From Bacteroidota bacterium (GTDB lineage Bacteria > Bacteroidota > Bacteroidia > Bacteroidales > FEN-979), in NCBI GenBank assembly GCA_026391795.1, contig JAPLDI010000007.1, positions 96,940 to 160,939 of the forward strand: a stretch of 64,000 bases of DNA, written 5' to 3'. Of the stretch, positions 1 through 8,930 are shown in pieces. The position numbers were made by a program, and so were the translations under genes. The notes beneath the pieces are model-generated. The model had not been told where the DNA came from and ran no database searches. It saw only the letters and a program-made list of their open reading frames with translations. Every line of letters begins with the position of its first letter. Position 1 is the first letter of the stretch.

Positions 1-2
1 AA

Positions 3-305
3 CTGGATATCGGCGACAGGGTTGACGGGGTTTCCTATGATCCGGTCCTGAAAAGGGTGTACAGCTCAAACGGGGAAGGAACGATGACGGTAGTTAAAGA
101 AGAAAATAAAGATTCTTTTAAAGTACTTGAAAATTTCCCTACACAGAAGGGGGCCAGGACCATTACGCTGAACCCTAAGACACACAAGATCTACCTGCCT
201 GTTGCCGAATATGGGGAGACACCGGCTCCAACCAAAGAAAATCAACGGCCCCGGCCGCCGGTAAAGCCCAATTCTTTTACGATCCTTGAAATCGAGCCGA
301 TGTAA
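3..305 (+). CDS. YncE/YVTN-type beta-propeller protein, C-terminal part (5' end lies before the window)
   Basis: Frame is open from base 3 (LDIGDRVDGVSYDPVLKRVYSSNGEGT...TQKGARTITLNPKTHKIYLP), typical of YncE-family C-termini; stop at 303-305. Confidence 0.7.
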   Translation: MDIGDRVDGVSYDPVLKRVYSSNGEGTMTVVKEENKDSFKVLENFPTQKGARTITLNPKTHKIYLPVAEYGETPAPTKENQRPRPPVKPNSFTILEIEPM

Positions 306-307
306 TC

Positions 308-1543
308 TTAAAAAGAACCCTTCAGCCGGATAAAGACCGAGGTTTGCGAAGAACCTACCGTTTCCGGAGCATAGGACTGAAAGGTCTGCGCGATCAGGGA
401 AAGATCAAGGTTGTTCATGAGGGAGAAGGTAAAGTCAGGAATGATGAAATACATTTTATTTGCAGGATTGTAAATGCCTGACAAAGCGATCCTGATGAGG
501 GGCGTGACCGGATAAGAGATGCTGGCAAACATGGAAAAACCGTTCAGGAAGGGATTCTTTGCATTCAGCAATGAGGGGTTGAACTGGTTAATCAGGACAT
601 TGGATGAATTGGTGGGGTTTGAATTGTAAAACCCTTCAAACTGGATAAAGATCGAATTTCTGAACGTATAATCGTATTCGACGGATGAAAGGAAAACACC
701 GGTCGTATCGCCAAAGTGTTTCAGCGGCTGAAAGATGCTCATCTCTCCCTTGAACCCGCCTTTCGCGATCTGTCCTGCCCATCCGAGTCCCAGCACCAGG
801 TCGCTCTGGGTATAGAGCCCCCCGATGGCCTGAAAATCATATTTCCACTGGTTGAAACGGTAAAACCCTGCGGCGGTGACTTTTTTATCCTTGTCGGCTT
901 TCACAGCAATTTCGGCCCTGGAAGAAGGGCTCGTGAAATACTGCAGCCTTACGGCATCGCTTCCCGGCTTTTCCTCGTAATCAAAGTCAAAATAGGAGTA
1001 GGTATTGAAAATATCATTGGGGTTCCATACGGAGGTCTGGCTCCAGTTTATTCTCTGCCTCCCCACTGTAACCTGGAAGTTATTCCGGGTATAATCGAGC
1101 CAGAGCCGGTCGACTGCCAGGTTCAGGACATAAGATTTCCCGGAGAACAGGTTCCATGACAGGTTGACCAGGCCGTTATCATAGGCAATAAAATCAGCAT
1201 ACTGGGGACTTATCGCAACAAGGTCGCCCCAGTAAAAACGGTTTCTCTCTTCCAGGCAGAATGTAAAACTTTTCGAAATATTCCATTTGAAATTGTTCCG
1301 GTTGTGGATGAGGTTATCGGTCACCCAGGGATGTTCAATCGTATGGATGATCACCGTCTGCATGTCCTTCACATACCCGTTGAAAGACCAGCTCCGTTCT
1401 TTTTTTTCAACAACCGAATCCTGCGACCAGGCATGAACAGTAAGGAAAAGGAAAAACAACAGGAGGGCGGGCAACCTCATTCGCAACATCGTATTCGCTG
1501 AAGGTGCTGATCCAGGGACCGGTGGCCAGGATGTAACGGGCAT
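308..1543 (-). CDS. Putative outer-membrane beta-barrel protein associated with the ABC transporter
   Basis: Signal-like segment, DRLWLDY and GRQRINW..WNP.D motifs, C-terminal Phe; start overlaps the upstream stop (TGATG). True start may be the later MLRMRL. Confidence 0.65.
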   Translation of the reverse strand: MPVTSWPPVPGSAPSANTMLRMRLPALLLFFLFLTVHAWSQDSVVEKKERSWSFNGYVKDMQTVIIHTIEHPWVTDNLIHNRNNFKWNISKSFTFCLEERNRFYWGDLVAISPQYADFIAYDNGLVNLSWNLFSGKSYVLNLAVDRLWLDYTRNNFQVTVGRQRINWSQTSVWNPNDIFNTYSYFDFDYEEKPGSDAVRLQYFTSPSSRAEIAVKADKDKKVTAAGFYRFNQWKYDFQAIGGLYTQSDLVLGLGWAGQIAKGGFKGEMSIFQPLKHFGDTTGVFLSSVEYDYTFRNSIFIQFEGFYNSNPTNSSNVLINQFNPSLLNAKNPFLNGFSMFASISYPVTPLIRIALSGIYNPANKMYFIIPDFTFSLMNNLDLSLIAQTFQSYAPETVGSSQTSVFIRLKGSF

Positions 1544-2241
1544 CAGGAACCCGGCCGGGTTGATGAGACATCACTCAGGATCTTTCCGTCCTCGAGTGTG
1601 ACCACTCTTCTTGCCTTGGCAACGACTCTTGAATCATGCGTGGAAAAAATGAAAGTGATCTTCTCTTCCCTGTTCAATTTTTCCATGATCTCCAGCAGGA
1701 TTTCGGCGGATTTTGAATCCAGGTTGGCCGTGGGTTCGTCGGCCAGGATGAACTTGGGCTTTGACGCCAAGGCCCGGGCAACAGCAACCCGCTGCTGCTG
1801 TCCGCCCGAGAGCTTGTTCGGACGGGTATTGATCTTGTCATTCAGGCCGACGGAGTCAAGTAATTCCAGCGTCCGCTGATCCCGCTGGTCCTTGTTTACA
1901 CCCTGCAGCTGCATGATGAATTCTACGTTTTCTCTGGCAGTGAGCACCGGGATAAGGTTAAACGACTGGAACACGAAGCCAATGTTCCTCAGCCTGAAAT
2001 TGATCAGTTGCCTGGAGGTTAACCCCGTGATATCCGTATTGTCGATCATGATCTTGCCGCTGCTTGGAGAATCGAGGCCTCCGAGCATGTTAAGCATGGT
2101 GGTTTTCCCCGATCCCGAAGGGCCAACGATGCAGGTGAACTCCCCCTGTTGAAATGCCAGGTCCACGCCATTCAGGGCATAAACAGGCATGGTATTCGCG
2201 TCGTAGACTTTGCTCAGGCCGGTGATTTCAATAATATTCAT
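1543..2241 (-). CDS. ABC transporter ATP-binding protein (LolD/MacB-like)
   Basis: Walker A GPSGSGKT, LSGGQQQRVA signature, Walker B ILADEPT, H-loop. Confidence 0.95.
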   Translation of the reverse strand: MNIIEITGLSKVYDANTMPVYALNGVDLAFQQGEFTCIVGPSGSGKTTMLNMLGGLDSPSSGKIMIDNTDITGLTSRQLINFRLRNIGFVFQSFNLIPVLTARENVEFIMQLQGVNKDQRDQRTLELLDSVGLNDKINTRPNKLSGGQQQRVAVARALASKPKFILADEPTANLDSKSAEILLEIMEKLNREEKITFIFSTHDSRVVAKARRVVTLEDGKILSDVSSTRPGS

Positions 2242-2286
2242 ACCGTGGTTTTTTGGATTTTATCCGTTCTGTTCATGTTTCGCTTA

Positions 2287-3507
2287 TTATTCGATGCGGA
2301 TGGCTTCAACCGGTTTCAGCTTAAGCGCCTTTCTGGCAGGCACTACGGCAGATAAAATACCTGTCAGGACGATCATGATTGAAAGGTTGAAGTACAACTC
2401 TTTTTTAATGAAGGGATAGATTTTTGGATCGAATCCGAAAGCCCCGAGTCCCTTTGAAAAATCAGAGAGATCAATGCCATGCCGGCTGAACAGGGCAATG
2501 AGTGCTGAACTCAGCACCATTCCAATGATCCCCCCGATCAGGGTCAGGAAAATGGTTTCGAGCATGATCATCCTGAAGACCCTTGATTTACTCATACCAA
2601 CAGCCATCAGCATACCCAATTCCCGGGTGCGTTCGAATACGATCATCAGCATGGTATTTACAATGCCAAAGGCAAGTGCAAACAAGATGATGCCCAGGAT
2701 CACGTAAACCTCGATTGCAATTGCCGAAGTGACCATACTCATATCGGGCCTGATGTTCATCCAGTTTTGAACCAGCAGGCCTGGCAACTTTGACTTCAAC
2801 GCCTGCTCAACAGCCGGGATGCTGTTGTTGTCGTTGAGGACCATCGCGATTTCCTGGATGCCGCAATTCCCTCCCATGATCTTGTCAAGATCGCTCTTCC
2901 TTACAAATACATTGGTTTCATCGAAAACAGAATTTGCCGAAGCAAAGATCCCGGTTATTGAAAATGCAGCTTCGTAAAGGATCCCGTCAGAACCCTGAAA
3001 CCGGAGGACAATTTTCGACTTCATCCTGACCTTAAGTTTGTCGGCCAGCTTTCTTCCGATTACAACCTGGTTCTTCCGGGTGCTGCTGAAATATCCTCCC
3101 GATGAGTCGGGAATGGTTGTATACAGGCTGAAAACTTTCTTTTCCCGGGCAGGATCAACACCCATGATCTGGATCCCGGCTGCTGCATTGGGAGATGCAG
3201 CCATTCCGGTAATCCTTGAGCGGGTACAGACGGCTTTTACCAAAGGGATATTCGAAATTATACCTGCGATGCTGTCCGCTTTGGGGATATCATATTTTGA
3301 TTCGTAATTTTTGAGAAATTCGGGATTGTGGACCTGGATATGTGAAACTTCGTTATTTATGCCTGACCTGATTTTCTGCTCGACCATCCCTGTAATGATG
3401 GAAACAGTAAAAATGCCTCCTGTCAGGCCAAGGGTGATGGAGGCGATAACGATAAGGCTCCTCACTTTGTTTCTCCACACATTCTTGAATGCAATTATAA
3501 AGATCAT
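2287..3507 (-). CDS. ABC transporter permease (FtsX/LolE-like)
   Basis: KNVWRNK.RS start, one TM plus large periplasmic domain, ERTRELG motif, three C-terminal TMs. Confidence 0.9.
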   Translation of the reverse strand: MIFIIAFKNVWRNKVRSLIVIASITLGLTGGIFTVSIITGMVEQKIRSGINNEVSHIQVHNPEFLKNYESKYDIPKADSIAGIISNIPLVKAVCTRSRITGMAASPNAAAGIQIMGVDPAREKKVFSLYTTIPDSSGGYFSSTRKNQVVIGRKLADKLKVRMKSKIVLRFQGSDGILYEAAFSITGIFASANSVFDETNVFVRKSDLDKIMGGNCGIQEIAMVLNDNNSIPAVEQALKSKLPGLLVQNWMNIRPDMSMVTSAIAIEVYVILGIILFALAFGIVNTMLMIVFERTRELGMLMAVGMSKSRVFRMIMLETIFLTLIGGIIGMVLSSALIALFSRHGIDLSDFSKGLGAFGFDPKIYPFIKKELYFNLSIMIVLTGILSAVVPARKALKLKPVEAIRIE

Positions 3508-3515
3508 GGCAGAAA

Positions 3516-4736
3516 TTATTTATGAAGTGCTTCCGCAACGTTCAGTGTAAAGATCCTGCGTACAGGATAGATGCAGGTTACAAAAACAATAAGAATGACG
3601 GTGATAACATTTGTAATAATAAAGTCGGATTTCAGTGCCAGGGGCATCAGTGGTTCAATGCCATAAGAGATAAATGCCTGGGCCATGTTACCCCAGAGGT
3701 GAAGCGGGTTGAATTTGAAGTAGAGCATGATGGGCATCGCCGCCGCCACTCCTGAAAGAAGTCCGGTCAGGCCGATGAGGATCATCTCAAGGACCAGGAT
3801 AAACGCCAGCCTGCTTTTTTGCATACCCACCGAAACGATGACCCCGAACTCCCTGGTTCGTTCGTTTGTCATCATAATCACGGTGCCGAAGACCCCGAAA
3901 CCCACGATCATATATAGTATAGCGATGATGATCTTACCGCCTGCTGTCTTGACCTTCAGCTGCTGCATGATCTCAACCATCATCTCATCCCACCGCATTA
4001 CCTCGAACTTTCCCCCATCAACCCTGCGCTGAAGTGCATCCCGTGTGCTGTTGATCTCTTCCGGATTCTTCAGCGTAACGGAAAGGGATGTAATCCTGTC
4101 ATCAGCACTGAAAAAATCCTGGGCAGCCGGAAGATTCATATAGACCATCTGGTTATCAAGAACGGGGGAAGGGAAGTGAACGATGCCGGTAACAGGATAT
4201 TTCCCTGCTGCGCTTACACCATGAAATCCCTGTCCGATCAACACCAGCGTATCACCTGCCGTGAGTCCCAGGAAGGAGGCAAGCCCCTGGGAAACCAGGA
4301 TACCTTTGCCGCGTGGTTCAAGGTAACGGCCCCTGACCACCTTGGCCGAAAGCTTCGTCAGGGCATCTTCCCTGGCGGGATCGGTGCCGGCAAGCATCAC
4401 CCCTTTTGTTTGCTTCCCAAATGACGAAAGTGCAAAATATTCCAGTCGGGGAACGGTTTTGTCGACATTTTTTACGGATTTTACGACCGCCAGGACAGAA
4501 TCGTTGAACACCATGGAATTGTTGATATCCCGGTCGTCCCAGTATCCTTTCTTATGGATCTGAATGTGCCCGGAATACGATTGAATAACAATGTCGGAGA
4601 GGTTGTCGAACCAGCCGATCTGCAACGACCGTACAATCAATGCCAGGAATATAGCGAGAAAGACAGATGCGGCCGTAAGCAGGGTCCTTCTCTTGTTTCT
4701 CCAGATATTGCGCCATGCAAGCCTGATATTGTTCAT
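3516..4736 (-). CDS. ABC transporter permease (FtsX/LolC-like)
   Basis: AWRNIWRNKRRT start, ERTREFG motif, same topology as its neighbour. Confidence 0.9.
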   Translation of the reverse strand: MNNIRLAWRNIWRNKRRTLLTAASVFLAIFLALIVRSLQIGWFDNLSDIVIQSYSGHIQIHKKGYWDDRDINNSMVFNDSVLAVVKSVKNVDKTVPRLEYFALSSFGKQTKGVMLAGTDPAREDALTKLSAKVVRGRYLEPRGKGILVSQGLASFLGLTAGDTLVLIGQGFHGVSAAGKYPVTGIVHFPSPVLDNQMVYMNLPAAQDFFSADDRITSLSVTLKNPEEINSTRDALQRRVDGGKFEVMRWDEMMVEIMQQLKVKTAGGKIIIAILYMIVGFGVFGTVIMMTNERTREFGVIVSVGMQKSRLAFILVLEMILIGLTGLLSGVAAAMPIMLYFKFNPLHLWGNMAQAFISYGIEPLMPLALKSDFIITNVITVILIVFVTCIYPVRRIFTLNVAEALHK

Positions 4737-4737
4737 C

Positions 4738-5487
4738 TTACTTTATCTTTTTCATGTTCTGCTGGGAAAAGAAACTCTCGTCAACACCGGTATTGAATTT
4801 CATCTCGTCGATGTGCATCACGGTTTTCTGTCCTTTCTTGTTTTGAGGGATCATTTCAAGCCGGGTCGGGATTTCACGATCGCCCATCTGCCGGATATCA
4901 TAATTATTGGAAATATTGACAAGTTTGTTGTCCTCGTCATAATATTCGACCATCCAGGTATCGTATCCGTTCACCGTGACCCACATGATCACCTTGCCCC
5001 AGACAACCGCAGCATCCGGCAAAGGGATGAGTTCGATCTTGTAGCACTCCATCTCCCTCACCTTCTCCCTGTTCAGCAGCTTATGGGTATAATCCACAAC
5101 GATCGATGACTGCTTTACGAGGTCATCATTTGTAAAATCGGATCCCATCCATGATTGCAGCATCATGGAAGGGGGGATCTTGATGGTTTTGTCGATGGAA
5201 GGCACCCAGTTCCACATTTCCGTCCTGATCTTTAAAAAAACCTGTCCCTTGTCCTTTGCCGGTGCGGTGATCAGCACAAGGGAATAGTCCCTGCCTTTTG
5301 ACCAGGTCTTCATGGTGATGGTGCGCGTCCAGTCGGGACGTATCACCGTCATGGTCATGGTTCCCTGGCTCGACAGGCCCCGGGTCTTGTTATCCGCTTT
5401 CCGGATGATCTCCGTTGCGGTCAGCTCCTGGGCATTGGCTGCATTGAGTCCTGCTACCATCAGCAGGAAAAGGATCCGTGTTTTCAT
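4738..5487 (-). CDS. Outer-membrane lipoprotein-sorting protein (LolA-like)
   Basis: Signal peptide, SWMGSDFTNDDL motif, C-terminal FFSQQNMK. Confidence 0.85.
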   Translation of the reverse strand: MKTRILFLLMVAGLNAANAQELTATEIIRKADNKTRGLSSQGTMTMTVIRPDWTRTITMKTWSKGRDYSLVLITAPAKDKGQVFLKIRTEMWNWVPSIDKTIKIPPSMMLQSWMGSDFTNDDLVKQSSIVVDYTHKLLNREKVREMECYKIELIPLPDAAVVWGKVIMWVTVNGYDTWMVEYYDEDNKLVNISNNYDIRQMGDREIPTRLEMIPQNKKGQKTVMHIDEMKFNTGVDESFFSQQNMKKIK

Positions 5488-6086
5488 TTCTTTAACTTTT
5501 TGTCAGGGGATTTTGGATATAGACCAAGGATCCGCTTTTTAATCAGGTTAAGCGGGTAATTTTCAGGATCGGCGATGTATTCATAGGTAACTCCGCTGAT
5601 CAATGTGCTGAGGAAAGCAACCTCCAGCGCCGGATTTTTATACTCCTGCTCCTTAAAATAGCGTTCCGCCATCTCCAGGGGTTGCTTCGAGGCAGTCCTG
5701 ATCTCCTCTTCCAGGATCTTCATAACCGCAGGCTGGCTGAATATTGCCATGTACATTTTCCATACGGTCAGGTTTGATTTCAGATGGGTAAACAGCCGGC
5801 TGATATATCCGGAGAGGGTATCCCTGTTCACTGTGCCCGAATGATCAGGATCAAACAGGTCCATCATTTCTGCCATCACTTCATCGAAAATCGTCTTCAG
5901 CAATTCCTCCTTGCTGCTGAAATAATTATACATCAGCCCTTTTGACACCCCGGCGTGGCGGGCCAGGTCGCTGATCGAAACGGCATGGTATCCGGAAGCG
6001 GCAAAACATTCAATGGCAGCATCGAGGATCTTCCTGCGTGCACCCACCCGGATTTCTTCACACTGTTCACTTGTTTTCGGACACAT
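5484..6086 (-). CDS. TetR/AcrR family transcriptional regulator
   Basis: N-terminal HTH ILDAAIECFA..GY..SISDLARHAGVSKGLMYNYFSSKEEL. Confidence 0.92.
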   Translation of the reverse strand: MCPKTSEQCEEIRVGARRKILDAAIECFAASGYHAVSISDLARHAGVSKGLMYNYFSSKEELLKTIFDEVMAEMMDLFDPDHSGTVNRDTLSGYISRLFTHLKSNLTVWKMYMAIFSQPAVMKILEEEIRTASKQPLEMAERYFKEQEYKNPALEVAFLSTLISGVTYEYIADPENYPLNLIKKRILGLYPKSPDKKLKK

Positions 6087-6092
6087 ACTTTA

Positions 6093-6110
6093 TGACTGAA
6101 CGGTCGGTCA
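6093..6110. promoter_or_regulatory. Putative TetR operator (imperfect palindrome TGACTGAACGGTCGGTCA)
   Basis: 18-bp dyad 6 bp upstream of the tetR start codon. Confidence 0.6.
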
Positions 6111-6414
6111 AAGATAAATTAAATCTCCAGACTAAAGAAGAAAAATACCAGTTTTTTTTTTGCCGGATGATCAGGAACCGGGAAAAGGTACAGAGATCTC
6201 TTTCAGGACGGATTTGACTATCCTGACAACAGGGATATTCACCTGTTGCGCTATACTTTCCAGAATGGATTCGATTTGCTCGCAGGGTGCATTTCCGATC
6301 CGTCTGACGGGAAACGTCTGACGCAGCTGAATCAAGGAGTTCACGACCGGGTACCTGAATCAGTCCCGGTTGAAAAAGTTGTTCTCCTCAAATACCAGTA
6401 AGGCACATTGGTCA

Positions 6415-7023
6415 CTACTCTGCCGTTGCCGGCTTCACCGCATTTTCGAGCATGATCTTGACGGTATCGTAATTCAGTGCGGCAAAGATATCTTCAATCT
6501 GCCGGGTGTATTCGCTGTTGTGGCTCATCAGCGAATTTTTCACAAAGAAGTTATTGTAGCCAAGGTCGCCGGCTTCGATGTAGGTGGCAAGGGCGCAACC
6601 AACCGCGCTCAGACCGGTGATGAAGACCGTATTGACATTCCGGTCTTTTAGGATCTTGTCAAGACCGGTCTCTTTGAATCCGCTGCCATGCTGTTTTATT
6701 ACCATGGGATCTTCCGGAAGGACCATCGTAGTCTTCGGGAAATTGAACCCTTCCGTTCCCTCTTTCGGGCCCCTCAACGGATCGGAATGATAGACCCTTA
6801 CCACCGGGAATCCTTCCTGCCTGAAAAGGCCGATCATGGCGTTGATCATGAAAAGGGCGTTTTCTTTCTCCTTGTCCTGTACCATTGGCAGGAATTCATT
6901 CTGGATATCGATCACGAGCAGTGCCGGGCGCATGCGTTTAGAACCGGGGTCTGCGCTTCCCTGTGCAAAGGTGCTGCCGGCAACTACCAGCAGGAATAAT
7001 GCAAAAAGCAGTTGTTTTTTCAT
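6415..7023 (-). CDS. Exported isochorismatase-family cysteine hydrolase
   Basis: ALLVIDIQNEF (Asp), IKQHGSGF (Lys), GLSAVGC (Cys) triad; signal peptide from ATG at 7023. Confidence 0.85.
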   Translation of the reverse strand: MKKQLLFALFLLVVAGSTFAQGSADPGSKRMRPALLVIDIQNEFLPMVQDKEKENALFMINAMIGLFRQEGFPVVRVYHSDPLRGPKEGTEGFNFPKTTMVLPEDPMVIKQHGSGFKETGLDKILKDRNVNTVFITGLSAVGCALATYIEAGDLGYNNFFVKNSLMSHNSEYTRQIEDIFAALNYDTVKIMLENAVKPATAE

Positions 7024-7247
7024 TTTTTCAGGTTTTGAAGAAAAGCAACTCAAATTTCCTCAAAGAATACGCAATTCGCAAATAATATCGGTAAGCTCAT
7101 AGAAAAAATCGACGAACAATCACGGGTGGCAAACGGAGGTCCTGAACTTCCGTGGGTTTCAAGCGGGGATGTGATTACAAACAAACCCGGGAGGGTAATG
7201 AGTCTAGACCCCTGGGCTGCTCTTTCGCTAAGCGAAGCGGAAGCTCC

Positions 7248-8639
7248 TTAATGATAGGCAAAGAACAGGACCGGTGGAATTAAAAGCAGGCAGCCGAGGA
7301 TCAGAAATACGATGGATAAAGGGAACATAAACCTGAGCCATTTGTCATAGGAGATTTTCCCGATGGCGAGGACACCCATGGTTACTCCACTGGTCGGAAA
7401 AATATTGGTAAACAACCCGTCGCCCAGCTGGTATGCAAGAACTGCCGTTTGACGGGTAATACCAATGAGATCGCTTAATGGCGACATCAGGGGCATTGTC
7501 AGGGCAGCCTGCCCCGATCCCGACGGCACAAAGAAATTCATAAATCCCTGGAAAAAGAACATCATCTGGACTGAGATCGCCTTCGGAAAATGACCCATGG
7601 TTCCTGAAATTCCGTTCAGGATGGTATCAATAATTTTTCCATCGGTTGCGACAATAAGCATCCCGCGGGTCAGGCCAATCACAAATGCGGCTGTCATCAT
7701 GTCACGAGCACCGTCAAGGAAAGCCCCTATGATTGTATTTGAGGGCAGGCGGAAAAACAGCGCTGCAAGAATGCCCATAGCGAGGAACAATCCTGAAATC
7801 TCATTGATGTACCAGTTCCAGACGTTCACCCCGACGATGAGAAGGACCAGCGCTGCAAAAAAGATCATAAGCACAAGCTTTCTCTTCAGTGTAAAAACAA
7901 GATCTTCTGAGGAATGATAAGAAGAGAGGTCCCGTGAACGGTCTAACTCGTAAACCAGGCTCTTTTCCGGGTTCTTTTCAATTTTTCTTGCATACAGCAT
8001 GACAAAGATGATGGCGGCAGTCATCAGGACAATCCAAACCATGATCCTGTATTCCCATCCGCTGAAAATTGGAATCTCTGCAATGCCCTGAGCGATCCCG
8101 ATGGTAAACGGGTTGCTGAAAGCGCCCGCGAAACCTGTGGCTGCCCCGATAAAAGGGATTGCTACGCCGGTAAGGGAATCATACCCCATGGCCATGGCCA
8201 GTGGGATGGTGATCAGGATAAAAACCATCACCTCCTCACTCATGCCAAAGGAAGCCCCTGCCAGTGAAAAGAGGAACATGATGATGGGTATGACGAATAT
8301 TTTTACGCGGGGATTTTTCCGTGTAGCCTCCAGGATGCTCGATAATCCGGCATTGATCGCCCCGGTCTTGTTAAGGATCCCGAAAGCGCCACCGATTAGC
8401 AATACAAAAGCGATGATCTGTGATGCCGATATCATCCCCTTGATCGGAGCCGTAAGCAGGGCCATCAGCCCTTGCGGCTGTTGTTCTGTCTGGTGGTATG
8501 TCCCGGGAACAACAACCTGGCGTCCGTGATAGTCGTGGCGATCAAACTGCCCTGCCGGAATGATCCATGTCAGGATAAGAAAAAGTAAAAGAATGAGGGA
8601 GACAATGATCAACGTGTGCGGGATCTTTTTCTTTTCCAT
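7248..8639 (-). CDS. YfcC-family inner-membrane transporter (putative basic amino acid/dipeptide antiporter)
   Basis: PHT..I, LTWIIPAG.F, NPFTIGIAQGIAE.P.FSG and FFVPSGSGQA..TMP motifs, many TM helices. Confidence 0.88.
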   Translation of the reverse strand: MEKKKIPHTLIIVSLILLLFLILTWIIPAGQFDRHDYHGRQVVVPGTYHQTEQQPQGLMALLTAPIKGMISASQIIAFVLLIGGAFGILNKTGAINAGLSSILEATRKNPRVKIFVIPIIMFLFSLAGASFGMSEEVMVFILITIPLAMAMGYDSLTGVAIPFIGAATGFAGAFSNPFTIGIAQGIAEIPIFSGWEYRIMVWIVLMTAAIIFVMLYARKIEKNPEKSLVYELDRSRDLSSYHSSEDLVFTLKRKLVLMIFFAALVLLIVGVNVWNWYINEISGLFLAMGILAALFFRLPSNTIIGAFLDGARDMMTAAFVIGLTRGMLIVATDGKIIDTILNGISGTMGHFPKAISVQMMFFFQGFMNFFVPSGSGQAALTMPLMSPLSDLIGITRQTAVLAYQLGDGLFTNIFPTSGVTMGVLAIGKISYDKWLRFMFPLSIVFLILGCLLLIPPVLFFAYH

Positions 8640-8674
8640 TGAAAAACTTCTTAAGGGTGTGAAGCGAGAATCTG

Positions 8675-8682
8675 CAAATATA
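8675..8682 (-). promoter_or_regulatory. Bacteroidota sigma-A -7 box for the YfcC gene
   Basis: TATATTTG on the minus strand (TAnnTTTG consensus), 35 bp upstream of the ATG. Confidence 0.5.
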
Positions 8683-8888
8683 TTTTTATTTTTCTTTTTG
8701 TCACTTTTTTGCCGCTAAATTTTCAATAATCCTTTGTTTCGGCGCTGAAAACAAAAAAGAAACCTGGCTCAGCGGAATTCCCTGAATGGACAGGACCCCG
8801 GCATTACAAATTCTCAGCAAACAGTTATCTTTAAAGCTTTCGTAAAAAATTTTACCCAATACGTGATAACAAAAGCAGAATTTATTAA

Positions 8889-8896
8889 TATCTTTG
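8889..8896 (+). promoter_or_regulatory. Bacteroidota sigma-A -7 box for the T9SS cargo gene
   Basis: TATCTTTG matches TAnnTTTG, 34 bp upstream of ATG 8931. Confidence 0.5.
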
Positions 8897-8930
8897 AATT
8901 ATCAGAAGTCAAACCTAAAACTTAAACCCT

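Noticed and set aside
6168-6413. Minus-strand frame with an in-frame TGA at 6360-6362 (possible selenocysteine or readthrough)
   Set aside because: No start codon, no Sec-type redox motif and no evident SECIS; more simply the antisense shadow of the plus-strand remnant
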